From contig NC_042997.1 in the NCBI RefSeq assembly GCF_006345805.1, forward strand, positions 57,598,001-57,662,000: 64,000 nt of DNA. The letters run 5' to 3'. The notes beneath the pieces were generated by a model. The model was given only the letters and a program-made list of their open reading frames with translations, had not been told where the DNA came from and made no database searches. The position numbers and the translations under genes are program-made. Shown piece after piece: positions 26,380 to 39,713 of this stretch. The stretch is from Octopus sinensis. Taxonomy: Eukaryota. Each line of letters opens with the position of its first letter. Positions within the stretch are counted from its first letter, which is position 1.

Positions 26380-26680
26380 TTCTTACTTGTTTCAGTCATT
26401 AGACTGCAGCCATGCTGTGCCACTGTTCTGAGGAATTTTAGTCAAACTAATCAACTCCAGTACTTACTTTCTTTTTAAGTCTGGTACTTATTCTATCAAT
26501 CTCTTTTGCTGAACTACTGAGACACACACACACGCACACTATATGTATACAATGGGCTTCTTTCAGTTTCCACCTACCAAATCCACTCACAAGGCTTTGG
26601 TAAGCCTGAGGCTATAGTAGAAGACACTTGCCCAAGGTGTCACACAGTGGGGAAGCAACTTCTTACCACACAGCCATGAA
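26380..26680 (-). mobile_element. Family B CORE-like SINE
   Basis: GAAGACACTTGCCCAAGGTG (reverse complement of the CORE-like CACCTTGGGCAAGT), CCACTCACAAGGCTTTGGT, and 3' region CTTGTTTCAGTCATT. Confidence 0.7.
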
Positions 26681-27669
26681 TATGAAAACGAAATGAATAT
26701 AATCATAACGTCTACAAGATATTTTGTCCATAACAATTATAAACTATGTATAATTCAGCATCAGTTCAGAGTTTAGCAATGCCAATAATTACTATGTATG
26801 ATGATGGTGATGAGTGGTTATTTGAATAACAACTAAATGTAATGATAATGTGAATGCAATGTTAATGAGCTTATGCATGAGTTATTATGCGACAAAAAAT
26901 GTCTCCTTTTAGTTTTTCAGTTATGGATGGACTGGAAATAATTCCCTGCTTATTTGTGGGTGACATATTAAGACAAGGCATAAGGCCTGAAATTTGTGGA
27001 GAGGAGGTAAGTCAATTTCATTGACCTAAGGGTTTGAAAGATACTTAATTTATTGATTGTGAAAGAATGAATGATAAAGTCAACCTCAGCAGAATTTGAT
27101 GTCAGCACATGAAACTGGAAGAGATGCTGCTAACAATTCTGCCATTCATATCTAGGTTGCATTATAAGAGTATACATCGAATTTGTACATGACTGGTACT
27201 TTATTTCATCAACCATGAAAAGATGAAAGGCAGAATTTCAACTCAGAATGTAGAGGCCCATAATTTAATAGCAAGCAGTATTTTGTTTAATGTTCTAATG
27301 ATTTAGTGAAGTTAACTTTAGATATGAATAATTTCTATTTATTAAATAAAATTGTAACATGAATTCTATAAATCTTTTTCAAAAAGTTTCTTATTCAGTT
27401 ATTTATTTAGTAATTAAAGTTTCAAACTCAGCCTGAAAGCCAATTATTATTGGAAGCATATATAGACAAATTAACTGAACCTGGTTTAATACTGTTAGTT
27501 ATTTTACAGACTATGAAAGGATGAAAAACCAAGTTGGTCCTGAAGGAATGTTGTTTAAACACTTTAACTGAAAACAACATATGATCAAGAGTATTCCAGC
27601 AATGATCATCTCATCTTTTTTCATTGTATTTAATTTATCCTATTTTTTTTTTTATCTAATATCTACTCT

Positions 27670-27836
27670 ATTGAGTGGTTGATGTTAGGAAGGGCGTCCA
27701 GCTGTAAAAAATCCTGCCAAAACAGTCACAGAAGTCTGGTATAGGCTTCTGCCTGACTGTCGCTTGTGAAACCATCCCACTCATGCTAGCATAGAAGGCA
27801 GACATTAACGATGATGATGATGATAATGATGATGAT
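27670..27836 (+). mobile_element. Family A SINE 3' part with (GAT)n tail
   Basis: GTTAGGAAGGGCGTCCAGCTGTA...CATGCTAGCAT...ATTAACGATGATGATG. Confidence 0.7.
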
Positions 27837-28306
27837 ATATTTGAGTATTATTTCTAACAGGTCATGCAACCATGATCCCTTTTCTGGTCCATAAGTTCAG
27901 GATCTGAAGCTAAACATATTGAAGCATTTAATTTTGGACTAGTGCTTTATTATATTTGCCAATTCAACATCCTTGATAAGTTAACATTACAGTCGGTTAA
28001 GTCAATAAAAGGTCAGACTAATAGCTATATCCTGTCAGGGAAGAGAGTCCACTTAAATGTAAATTGATAGGATGAGTTGACAAAACTAAGCGTTGTAAGT
28101 GACACGAGCGCAATGAAATGGACAAATGTTTCATTATTTCATTCAGACAAGCTAAGTAGTCCTAGATATTTTACAAGAATTCAAGTCTTTAGTGGTCTTC
28201 AGGGATTCAATGGATAGCTGAAATCATTATTTTAAAATGGATCCTGAAAACTAATGTATTATGGAATACGCTATTATTAATATCGTGTTGAGTCAAAATC
28301 TTAGTA

Positions 28307-29569
28307 TCAGGCTGAGTAAAAAGTAAGCAACGTTTTGGAACATGAAATTCATCACAATATATTTCAACCATGCAGAAATTATATTCATCAAAATAAGTAC
28401 CATTACAATCAACACATTTTTGCCAACAAGTTACAAGTTTGTTTATTCTGGTAACATAAAAATCTGGAGTTCTGGAACTGATGTACTCTTTGAATGCACT
28501 TTCAGCATCTGTTTGATTTTTGAAATCCTTCTCTTGCAGGAAACCATCAAGGTGCTTGAGAAAGTGGTACTCGGTAAGTGAAAGGTCTGGGGAATAAGCT
28601 GGGTGGGGAAGAACTTCATAGCCAAGTTCCCACAACTTCTGGAGTGTCATTAGTGAAACGTGTGGTCAAGCATTGTCATGAAGAATGATTGGTCCTCTTC
28701 TGTTGACCAGTCTGGGATGAAGGAGTAGCAGTTCTTTTTATTCATTTTGGCAATTTCATAGCAATATGTTTTTGCAGTAATGGTTTTTCCACATTTTAAG
28801 AAGTTATAGTGGATTAGTCCAGCAGTACATCACCAAACAGTCATCATAACTTTCTCAGATTTAGGGAAGGTTTTTGGTGCTTCAGTTTGATTCAACCACT
28901 GCAAAGAATGTTTTTTATTATTGTACAGAATCCACTTTTCATCACAAGTTACAATACAGTCGAGAAAAGGATTGGTCTGGTTATGGAGAAGAAGCAACAA
29001 GCAAATTTCATATCTGTGCATTTTCTGATCTCTTTCAAATTGGGTGGTACCCATTTGTTGAGCTTTTTTGATTTTCTGATCACATGCAAATGGTTACAGG
29101 CAGTTTTCTGGCTAATTTGAAGTTCTTTTGGCAGTTCTCAAGTGGGTTTATGTGGATCTTTCTCAATGACGGTCTTTAATTGACCGTCATCGATGATAGA
29201 TGGGCATCCACTACACTTACGATCTTCAAGGCTCAGGTCTCCACTGCGAAATAGCTTAAACCAAAACCATTTTTGAGCTGACCATTCACTGGTCATTTCT
29301 TCACCAAATGTTTCATTGATATTGCGAGCAGTTTCAGCTGCTGTATGTCCTTTTTTGAAGTTGAATAGCAAAATTGCTTGAATATTGTGCTTTAACAGTT
29401 CCATTTCAGATGACTGTAACAACGGTGAAAAAATATCAATGTTAATTTATTGATGCATTTGGGCAAGTCTATGCCTTTATTATCAGACAATTTCAAAAAT
29501 AAAAAACTGCAAAAATCCAGTACAATTTCTTCATGGTTCAAAACGTTGCTTACTTTTTATTCAACCTGA
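28307..29569 (-). mobile_element. Full-length decayed mariner transposon (1263 bp)
   Basis: TA TSD at 28305-28306 and 29570-29571. ~31-bp TIRs TCAGG(C/T)TGA(G/A)TAAAAAGTAAGCAACGTTTTG with 2 mismatches. Confidence 0.93.
28385..29404 (-). pseudogene. Mariner DD34D transposase pseudogene
   Basis: HTH region FKKGHTAAETARNINETFGE, then TCDEKWILY, LHDNA, HPAYSPDLSLTEYH and WQKCVDCNGTYFD. Multiple frameshifts. Confidence 0.92.
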
Positions 29570-29774
29570 TAATATTTTAATAACTTATTTGCTTTATTCA
29601 TCAAGTTACAACAAAAGCAGCCAAGCATTCAAAGTAGAGGTCATTGTGTAACACCATATGAAGCCACTTTTCTGCCAATTCTTTGATCCCATACTTGATA
29701 CCAGTTCTTTTCCTTTGAGTCAAAGAAATCCTTCACTGAAGCTTCTACCTCCTCTTGGTTGATGAAGAGTCATG

Positions 29775-30165
29775 AGTGCAGGAAGTGAGCCATGGATTGG
29801 AACAAATAATAATCTGTGGGGAATATTTTTTTGCAATCCTAATGTGCACAAGCAGTGGTTAAGCAAGAGCCAAGTTCCAGAACCTGTTGTCAAACATGGG
29901 TGTTTTGAAGACAAGTTGATGCTCTGTGTCTGTTGGAATTATCAGGAGATAATTCACTTTCAGTTCATTTCAGTGATGCCAACCATCAATGTCAATCTGT
30001 ATGCTGAACCATCAATGCTAACCTGTACTCCAAACCTCTGGAGCAAATGTATGTCATTGTGTGGCATTGGTTAACAGAAAGCAAGTTCTTTTGCAGCAAG
30101 ACAATGCAAGGCCTCATACCACTCGAATGACCTGCAACAAACTCCAAGAACTTGAGGAAATGCCA
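29775..30165 (+). pseudogene. Fragment of a second, different mariner transposase
   Basis: G.E.W, QWL, KLMLCVCWNYQEIIHF, then VNRKQVLLQQDNARPHT (second catalytic D). Confidence 0.8.
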
Positions 30166-31178
30166 CACTCAGCTTGTGCTGATGACACTTCATCAACTAA
30201 GAGGGGTTTGACATGATCAGATGAGCCAGAGGGCTGCACCAAGCTGCAATATCTGCTTCGGCATGCCATCCCTAATACTAACCGCTTCACAGAAATGTAC
30301 TGGGTCCTTTTTTTCATGGCACCAACACTGGTGAGATCACCAAGAACCCACAAGACAAGATCCCTCAAATGAACTGTGTACATGGTTAACACCACCTCAA
30401 ATCAGTGCTGATTTTGTGATCCCAGAAAGGGTTTACAGTTTTTGTAATACAGTTTTGTCAATGGTATGTATGTTAGGTTACAATGAGAGCAGTGATTGCA
30501 TCTGTGCTTTTGAAAGAGACTAGGCTGTCATGTCCCCTTTGAAAGATGTTCTTAATGTCTTTGTAAAATCAGTGAATGTTTGGCATGAGATGTTTGGATT
30601 CTATGTGGAAAGACAAGTGAAGAATGTTATTTGTATAGGTGTTTATCTTGTTTAGGTGAAAACAAGTAAGTCATTAATGTACAGACAGTAGAGTGTGTGT
30701 GGAGGACATTACCAAACCTTGAGGTACATCAAAGATGATAGATTGAGGACCACAGTGAGATTCTATCAGCACATGGTGCAATACTGTGGTCTGATAAGTA
30801 TCATGGGGTTTAAAAAAGAAAAGCAAAAATTATATACTGATGAAGAGAACAGGAAAGTAACTTAATTAGGAGGTTTTCATGCAAAAACAGTTGACAATCA
30901 TTGCTGATGTCAAGTGCAATGACAAAGCTATTGCTGAAGTTCTCAGGAGCAAAGAACTACTGGTGAAATGATAATATTAAAAAAGACAGCAATAATGTAT
31001 TTTAATTAAGAGATCACATACGTATATTGCAAAACATATGTTTACATATAAAGCTAACAAATACATCAAGACAGAAAAAAAAAGACAACAAAAGGAACAA
31101 GAAAAAAAGAAAAGAGAAAATGGGACAAGATAAAAAAGAAAAGAGAAAATGGAACAAGGAAAAAAATATTAAAATTAC

Positions 31179-31338
31179 TTTTGGATGCTGCCAGAGCCTC
31201 TGCTACAGCCAACTTCTGTTGTTCTTTCAATGTTTCTCTTAAATTGTGATACTGTTTATTTTCACGTTGGAGGTGATCTATATTTTTTAGTAAGTCTTTT
31301 ACTTCTTCTTGCCAGTTATCTTCTATTAACTCCAGTTC
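31179..31338 (-). CDS. RILPL1: Internal coding exon (160 nt, phase 0-1) of a RILP-like protein homolog, coiled coil following the RH1 domain
   Basis: tgttttatgcag|GAA CTG...TCC AAA A|gtaatt. Peptide ELELIEDNWQEEVKDLLKNIDHLQRENKQ resembles, from recall, the RILPL1 segment ELELVEDVWRGEAQDLLSQIAQLQEENKQ. Flanking exons are not in the window. Confidence 0.8.
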
Positions 31339-31437
31339 CTGCATAAAACATAATATATATTATAATATACACACATACACATACAAGCACATATATATAC
31401 ACATATAACAAATGCATATATATAAATATATACATGC

Positions 31438-31440
<3 letters not shown>

Positions 31441-31502
<62 letters not shown>
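31441..31502. repeat. Compound (CT)n(CA)n microsatellite
   Basis: Visible directly in the sequence. Confidence 0.95.
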
Positions 31503-31506
<4 letters not shown>

Positions 31507-33509
31507 TATAATAAAAAGAATAGAGTATGAGGTATCCGAAGATGTTGTTTCAACAGCTTTTCCAAACAAGGGTGGTGGAAGTGTATGCAATTTTTGTTCA
31601 TTAGCAGCATTAGAGACCCTACAGCAGAAACATAGTCTAATAAACAAGCCTAATGAATCATTAAGTTCCTCACACAAATAACTAAGTCTTTGGTAAAATT
31701 CCAATAACCTTAGCATTGGGGTGGGGGGTACCAGGCAGGGGAATTATCTCTGCATATTCACACTTATTTTGTCTACTTTTTTCCCTAAAGTAATGGTTAT
31801 TAAGAAATAATTGATATTGGACCTTGATTAATTATTACTCACTTTAATTTTTATTGGAAATTCTTTTACTGCATCTTTTAAATTTTAATATTTTTATTCT
31901 AACTTAGTACTTTTCCATACTAGTTCAAATATTATTGCTATTAGCCTATCATTTCATTTCTTAAATCACAAGCACTTTAACTCCATTAATGGCTTAATTC
32001 TTTGGTTTTCAATTTGATTTTAGTCCCATTAATCCTTTTATCCCAAACTGTTACCATTTCACTCACAAGGCTTTGGTCAGCCCAATGCTGTAATAAAAGT
32101 CAATTGTCCAAGGTGCCACACAATAGGACTAAACCTGAAATAATGTGGTTGGGAAGCAAACTTTTTACCTCCCTCCCCCCCCCCTCTCTCACACACACAC
32201 ACACATTCCAATCAAGAACAATTTAAGGACAATGATTAATAATGAAGAGAAAAATTAGTTAAAATTTTTATTAGCAATTCCACATTTTATGAATAATCAG
32301 TTAAATCTATAAAGCTTCTTAAGAACCAAAGAATATAACTGATTTTTTTCTAAATGGCTGTCTTACTTTAAAATTAGGGAAAATTTGTAAAATATAGCAA
32401 AATCATCAAAGTTGTAAAGAAAGACATTCCAATGAAGAGCAGAAAGTAGGCAGTAGATTTCATTTGCTGTAAACTTACTGTTGGCTATGCCATACATTTG
32501 AGCTCACTACACAAGTTTAGATGAAGAACTGCTACTTATTAAATAGCAAATGTGTCATGATTCATGTCATTTTCCTCTAGAAACATTTTTGTAATAAACT
32601 TCAAGCCAGACTATTTGACTTTCTTCATTTTTCTTAGATAAATAAAACCAAAATTCATCACCATTTTATTATTCTATTCATGTCAGTCTGATAGAAAGGA
32701 AGGCTATTCCACATTCAAAAATAAAATTAATCAAATCTGACAGACATTTCCAAATGGGTACGATACTAATTTATTCAAAAGACAATTCTGGTTAGATGTG
32801 ACATAGCAAATTGTTTTCAATTCATTGCATTTCTTTTTTGAGATCTACTAAATGAAAGACTAAAATCTAAAACAGGTAAACTATATACCATTAAGCTTTC
32901 AAAGTGAAAATATAAGAAGCAGAACACATATTTTTTGTTTTCGAAATCCAATCCAGCTTCTAAATAAATGTGGTTTATTAACTGATACATTTTTAAAGTT
33001 TTTCTTTTCCATAAAAATGGTTGACTCAATGACACTTTTCAAAATTAGTTTTACTCACTCTCATAAGCTTAGACTAAGCGATATAGCAATATGGTTTTCT
33101 TGATTTATCAGTTGCACCTGACAAACTAAAAAGAGCACATTAAGAGCTCCACTGGCATTTGAATTGTTACTTTCAGTCTCTGGACTCACATAATTTACTT
33201 ACACTACTTTGTTGACATACCAATCAAAGTTAATTGCATCAGTGATTAAGACTATATTTAGAAATCCAGTCAAAGTATTTTCCTGGCCATTGTTTATTTA
33301 ACTTAGAATAGTTTTATTCTCCCAACTTACCTGAAATAAACAGTATTTAATTCTAACTAAAACAGTTAGTTACTCAAGATAATTTTCTCTGTTTTCATAT
33401 GTACTTTATCCTAAGCTTGATATATGTTCATTTCATGCTGAACAGTAAGATATAATATGAAATTACTAATACAATATCATATTAGTTTTGTTTGCTGAAA
33501 AGCTTTAGG

Positions 33510-34170
33510 CCAGTGTATTTAGATGTAATGTCATCAGCAAGCTCAGGATTTCCTGCGTGCAGTTACTCATGCCCTTTCTCAACAGCTACAAGGTGTATGC
33601 ATTTTTTAGCTAGTTCAAATCAAGAGAGATGATGTTTAGGGAAGATCTCAGTGTCAAGGTAAAAACAATCTTCCTGGGTCCAAATGACAAGTTCTGAATG
33701 TGAACACCTGTGATGAATTGGTGGTCATTTATGCCCCAAATGGGCAGGGAAGACAGACTTCCAGGCATCTAGAGTCTTTTTAGGAATGTTCCATTTATTA
33801 GTGCTTGATGGCGAATGGAATAGCATTTTAGATTCATGCTGAGATTGTGTAGGGATATCCAATAGAAAAGTGAATGTAAAAACTTCTTAAACCTACTCAA
33901 GAAGTTCTAAATATCTGTCAGGTAAGAACTGGATTTCTTGAAAGATGCCAAAGTGGACACAGGCAAACTGTACAGGGTGATCCAAATCATATTTAGATAG
34001 AGTATTGTAAGTTTTGGTTGGTAGATTACACAGACCACAAGTCTGTGATCAACACAATCAACCTAGATAGGATGCAGTGACAGGGAACTAGCTACTGGAA
34101 GCTGAATGTATTGTTCTTGGCATGGAAAATCTGTAGCAACTGGATTAGCAAGAGATTGATTACCAACAGC
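33510..34170 (+). mobile_element. Heavily decayed L1/Tx1-clade LINE endonuclease relic
   Basis: APE motifs occur in the expected order across frames: VVIYAPNG (33721), YLDRVL (~33990), TDHK (~34030), SYWKLN (~34090). Confidence 0.7.
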
Positions 34171-34907
34171 CAATGGTCATTCTCATATGTGTGTGTACAT
34201 ATGCATAGTCCTGGTCAAATTTAATATTTTCCTAAATATATTTTGATATAGAAATGAATGTTAATGGCATGTTACAATATACATCAGTGCTCTTAGTACC
34301 ATATGTCTATATGAGAGGACCTCTCAAGGTGAATACTGCAATATTTGGTGTTTTATATATCCATATTTAGTAGGATATAGAGATTGCCATTCACTATATA
34401 TAGTGAATATTTAAGGCTGAGAGAAGACAGAGGGTAGTATCTGTTTGGGGTACAGTCGGTGGAGTAGACAGACATTCTAAATGGCATAGTCATAAAATCA
34501 AGATTTATTTGAAGCAATGGTATGAGATATAGTAAGAGAATACTTCAAACAAGTTGTTGGCTGCTATTAAGGGATCGCCCACTAGCAGACCAATGATAAT
34601 GGGACAGGGGAAGTCTTATCATGTAGTACTACAGTTAACTACAATAAAACAATGCTGCTATATTATATACAGATAAAGTTTAGGGCTATTCAAAAGATTA
34701 TTAAGAAGAATATTTATGAATACTTTTAGTATATATCAAATTTTACACAATAGAGGGAGGAAAAGAAAATATAGAAATAGTTTAATATTTATTCACTTAA
34801 ATACTAACTTATCAGATATCTTTGAATATTGATTAAATGATATTTACTGGTATTAATAAAGGAGTATTGAGGTAAAAGAACATGCTAATTATATATTTAA
34901 AATTTTA

Positions 34908-35035
34908 GACTCACAAAGGCCTTGGTCAACCCGAGGCTACAGTAAAAGACACTTGCCCAAGATGCCACGCAGTGGGACGGAACCCAGAATCATGTGGTTG
35001 GGAAGCAAGCTTCTTACCACATAGCTACACCTGTG
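34908..35035 (-). mobile_element. Family B SINE 5' part
   Basis: CACTTGCCCAAGATGCCACGCAGTGGGACGGAACCCAG...AAGCTTCTTACCAC, with A/B-box-like head on the minus strand. Confidence 0.72.
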
Positions 35036-35144
35036 CTTTGCTCAATATGCAGAAAAGGAGTGGGCAAAGACTCCATATGATGTATTCAAAGTAAGCTATG
35101 GATACACGAGATATAGTGGAATCACAGACTTGCCTGGAGGACTT

Positions 35145-35750
35145 ACTAGAAGTAGTTGATAGCTTTTGTTACCTAGGAGATGTAATTATCAAAAGAGGTG
35201 TTTGCTCTTAAAGTATAATGTCAGAGAAAGAACAGGTTGGAGAAAGTTCAGGAAGCTACTACTGCTGTTGACAACAAATATTTCTTACAGTGAAGGGCAG
35301 ATTGTATGATGTTTATGCTAGAAATGCTGTGTAGTAGTGAGACATGGGACTTGAATACTGAGGACTTGAGAAGACTGGAAAGAAATGAAACAAGCTTACT
35401 TCCATTTGTAAGTGTGTATGAAAAACAAACAAATGAGCTGAGACAAAAACTGTGTATAGGAGGTACTGAAACAGGTTTCAGATATAGTGTGCATTAGTAT
35501 AGACGTGTGATGCATATAGATGAGGACAGCTGTATAAAGATGTGTCAATCATTTACTGTGGGTGGAGCTTGTGAAAGACGGACACCAAAGAAGACATGGG
35601 ATAAAATGGCAAAGGCTGACCGTAAGAGCCTGAGTTTCATGGAGGAAATGACAAAGGACAAGGATAACTGGCAATGCATGATTCTTAAGAAGTCCTGCCC
35701 ACTTAGATGAAACCGAGTTCTGGAAGCGGTGTGTGTGTGTAATGCACAAA
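35145..35750 (+). mobile_element. Decayed RTE LINE 3' region
   Basis: LEVVDSFCYLGDVI, GWRKFRKLLLLL, MLCSSETW, LRRLERNE and RRTPKKTW are typical of the RTE ORF C-terminus. Confidence 0.85.
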
Positions 35751-36499
35751 TGGGCCCTTCACCCAATCTCCTCCTAAGTAACTTCCCAAGCAGCTATTAT
35801 CCCTGTTATTGCAGCTCTCACTTGATACTACTTGTTTCTCTTAAAATTGGGAACCATTTCACTTGTTATCCATTCTTCATCCATTAATACTGTCCTCTTC
35901 CCTCACACTCTTCCCATTGGACCATCAAATCATCTTTCTTCCTTCACAACCAATATGCCTCTCACTCTCCTCTTGCACTACACCTCTTTTTCTCTCCCCT
36001 ATTTCTGCAAACTGCCCAATCATATATCATTGCTCTCTCATCCCCCTTCTGTCTGCTGTATTACCATTACTATCCTACTCTGTTCACCAACTTTCTTTTG
36101 CATCTCCTTACTTCCTAAAATTCATGCATCACTGGTCATCCCCCACCCATTATCCACCTTTCACTACATCTACCTCCAACCCTACCCAATTTCTACAGGT
36201 GTTGCCCACCTCCTCTTCCTTCACCAATTCCCCTCTTTGCTTGCTCCCTCATATATGCTTGCAAACCCCCACCTGCCTACACTTCTAGTTCTTCTGTTTC
36301 CACTTTTTTAACTCACCTCACTCTTTGAGGGACCACCTGGACACCTCATCATTGTTATTTTATCTCTTTCCAGCTCTAATAGTTCATTCTCACACTCTCT
36401 TCAAAGCATGAATAGCCTTGTATATAGGAAGAAAAACCTGTTCTGCTTCCCATCTTGTAGCATAAACTACCACCCTTGTTCGGGGTTCATGGTATTATA

Positions 36500-36715
36500 A
36501 GCAGTATGGTGACCTCACTAGTGCTGGTGGAAGGTAAAAAGCACCCAGTACATATTGTTAAGTGATTGGCATTAAGAAGGGCATCCAGTTATAGAAACCA
36601 TGTCAAAGCAGACACTGGAGCACATTGCAGTCCTTGGAACCATAAGATCATGCCAAACTGCCCAACCCACCATACTAGTATAGAACATGGGTGTTAAATG
36701 GTGATAATGATGATG
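36500..36715 (+). mobile_element. Family A SINE copy (decayed)
   Basis: TGGCATTAAGAAGGGCATCCAG...CCAACCCA...GTTAAATGGTGATAATGATGATG. Confidence 0.62.
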
Positions 36716-38515
36716 AACTTTTATAATGCATTTTAGACAGCAATTACAATATATACTTCTTTTTTTATATCTCTTAATACTATAGAAGATTATATATGAG
36801 CAATATTTTTTCCAGGATTTCAAAGTCCATAAATAAAGGTGTGCATTATACACAAGTGTATATTATATGCAAATAAATGTAGTTCAAAAAATTAAATAAC
36901 AGTAAGGAAACTTATCCTAAAGAGTATAAGAGAATAATGAAACAGTAAAATAAATTACCCAATGGAAAAAAACTCCCTCATGCTGTAAAGCAACCTTATA
37001 AAAAAAAGAGTTAAGGAAAATAACTCAAATGGACCAATGGTGTGAATATAGATGAGTTAGGGGATGATGTACTGAATGGCATGTGCAAAAAATTCTCAAT
37101 TAATTTAATTGGCATTTCCCTCTTAATTAGAGAAAGCAAACAAAAACTAAACAATTATTCGTGACTTATTTTCAACCTGTCTCTGGGCAATGTGACAATT
37201 CCATTTGATTAAGTTGGGTTGTAGTTAAATAAGATCAACTACCTTGTTAGTATTAATGAGTAGTTAAGAGAAATACGTACAGAATTATATTGCTTTTTTA
37301 ACTGGAAGAATATACTTATAACTTAAAAGTTGAGTATTATATTAGGAATAATAATAATTTCTTACACCAGTGCAAAGTACAAATTTATAGAGGAGAAGCA
37401 TCATCATCAGTATCATAACATTCACTTTTCTATATTTGCTTGGGTTGGACAGAATTTATTGAAACAGATTCTATGGCCAGAAAGCCCTTTTTGTCACCAA
37501 TCCTCAACTATTTCCAAATAAGGTGATATTTCTCAATGACCAGACATGTTTCCAAAGTGTATTGGAAATGAAGGATGCCACAATGACACTCATTTACAAC
37601 TATCCTGTGATGTCAAGGCAAGGAGGCAGTACTCCACCACCTGTATGTACACACAAACACACGCACAAACACACACACATGCATATGGTGGGCATTTTTC
37701 AGTCTATGTCAACCAAATCTACTCAGAAAGCTTTGGTCAGTCCAGCGCTATAGAAGACACTTGATTAAGATGCCATGCAGTAGGACTGAATTGGGACTAA
37801 ACAACAAGAGCAAAAACTTGTTTGTATTATATGAAGAGAAATTGTAATTTTATCAGCTTGAATACATAGGCAGCAATATAATACATTTGGTAAGCATTGC
37901 AAGGGTCAAATGGAGATTGAGAAAAGGGAGAAGCAGAAGGATTGTTATAGCCATTAATATGCAATATAGCTAAAATGGTCCTTTTAAATATAAAATGGTT
38001 GTGATTCTCTGTGGCTTGTTAATTATGGCTTTTGTATCCAGCAGTCGGTGTCACTAATACGTTAGTGAACTTATTTCAATTTACATTTCTGAGAAGATAG
38101 CCATATGTTTCAAATAGAGAAATATTTTAAGTAGAAAGCAGTTCAATGACAAAACAGGTTTTCTTTTACAAGAGACACATCTTTAATGATTTCTACTTTT
38201 CTCCTTGACATATAAAATACTGAACCAAATGAGACCTGTTCTGAAAATATTCTGTATATGTGTGTTTGCGTAATATCCACAAACACATACATACAATGTT
38301 CTAGTTGTTTGAACAATGGAACTCCCCGTTTGTTGCTTATAATGTAAGAAGGTGAGCATTCCACAAATACTTGTATTCTTAATGTAATATACTCAATTAG
38401 AATCAGTGTGACATGGCAGAGGCCTCCACACAGTTTCTGTCTACCTAATTTCATTTACAAGGCAAGGCTTAGGTGGAATCTCTTATGCATGTATTATGTA
38501 TGAATGTGTAGGTAC

Positions 38516-38570
<55 letters not shown>

Positions 38571-38755
38571 TCATCATCATCATCGTTTAATGTCTGTTTT
38601 CCATGCTGGCATGGGTTGGATGGTTTGACAGGAGCTGGTCAGCTAGAGAGCTGTCCAGGCTCCAACTGTCTTTTGGTAGGGTTTCTATGAGTGGATCCCT
38701 TCCTAATGCCAACCCCTTTACAGTGTGTTGGGTGCATTTTACATACCACTAGCAT
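38571..38755 (-). mobile_element. Family A SINE copy within compound microsatellites
   Basis: (CAT)n followed by TTTAATGTCTGTTTTCCATGCTGGCATGGGTTGGATGG. Confidence 0.7.
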
Positions 38756-38840
38756 ATTTGTGTGTGTGTGTGCGTGTGTGTGTGTATCTATATATACATG
38801 TGTGAGTCATATAAGAAACCATACATATATATATATAAAC

Positions 38841-38871
<31 letters not shown>

Positions 38872-39713
38872 GATAGACAGACAGAATAATAGATACAGAT
38901 AGACTGATACATACACATATTATTGATACTTTTGTTCTTTATATGGAGTGGGATATTCTATATTCAGTGTCTTTCGACTTTTCAGTGTACTTAATTTTTA
39001 GTTTATATATCATACATGTATATATCTAAATAGATATATATGCTAGTATATATATCTTCACAGATTAAATGATCCACAATGGAAACCCTTGAAGATAGAG
39101 AACTGTCCAATCAATGTTGCATGGAAATACAAACATTAAAACATGAATGATAATAATAAGAATACAAATACACATTTTACTATTTTAATTTATTTCCTTT
39201 GTAATAGAACTTCCGAGAAAACAAACTATTTAAAGTGGTTTGTCAACTGTAAATAAGTAGATCTATGACTAACACTTCAAATTTAAGTGCTGTATTGTCA
39301 TTCTTCTTAAACAACAGCACCTTTCAACCTTTCTCCATTTTCACAATCTTGCCCAATTTGTGTGCAGTAAAAAGATGCACTAAATGTGTGAAGTAATGAA
39401 AAAAAAAAAAAATGAAAACAAATGAAAACTCGTATATAACAGATTTCAAGAAACAAATGTTATTTAAATTTGTAATACTTAAACATTCGTTTTTGTTATG
39501 TATCATTAAATTCTGCATCTTAAATCACAATTGCGACCAGTGAAGACCAATATGATAAAACTACAATCATAGATACATATTATTACAAGGAATGCGATAT
39601 GTTAATACGCTGCTAGTACAAACCAATGTTGTTATGTATACTTTTGACTATAATACATTCAAACTCTATTAACACTTTTGACTATCCAAATTAGGTGGAT
39701 GGAAATACAAAAT

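Noticed and set aside
35832-36311. 159-aa and 141-aa ORFs
   Set aside because: Pyrimidine-rich low-complexity sequence that lacks stops because of its composition.
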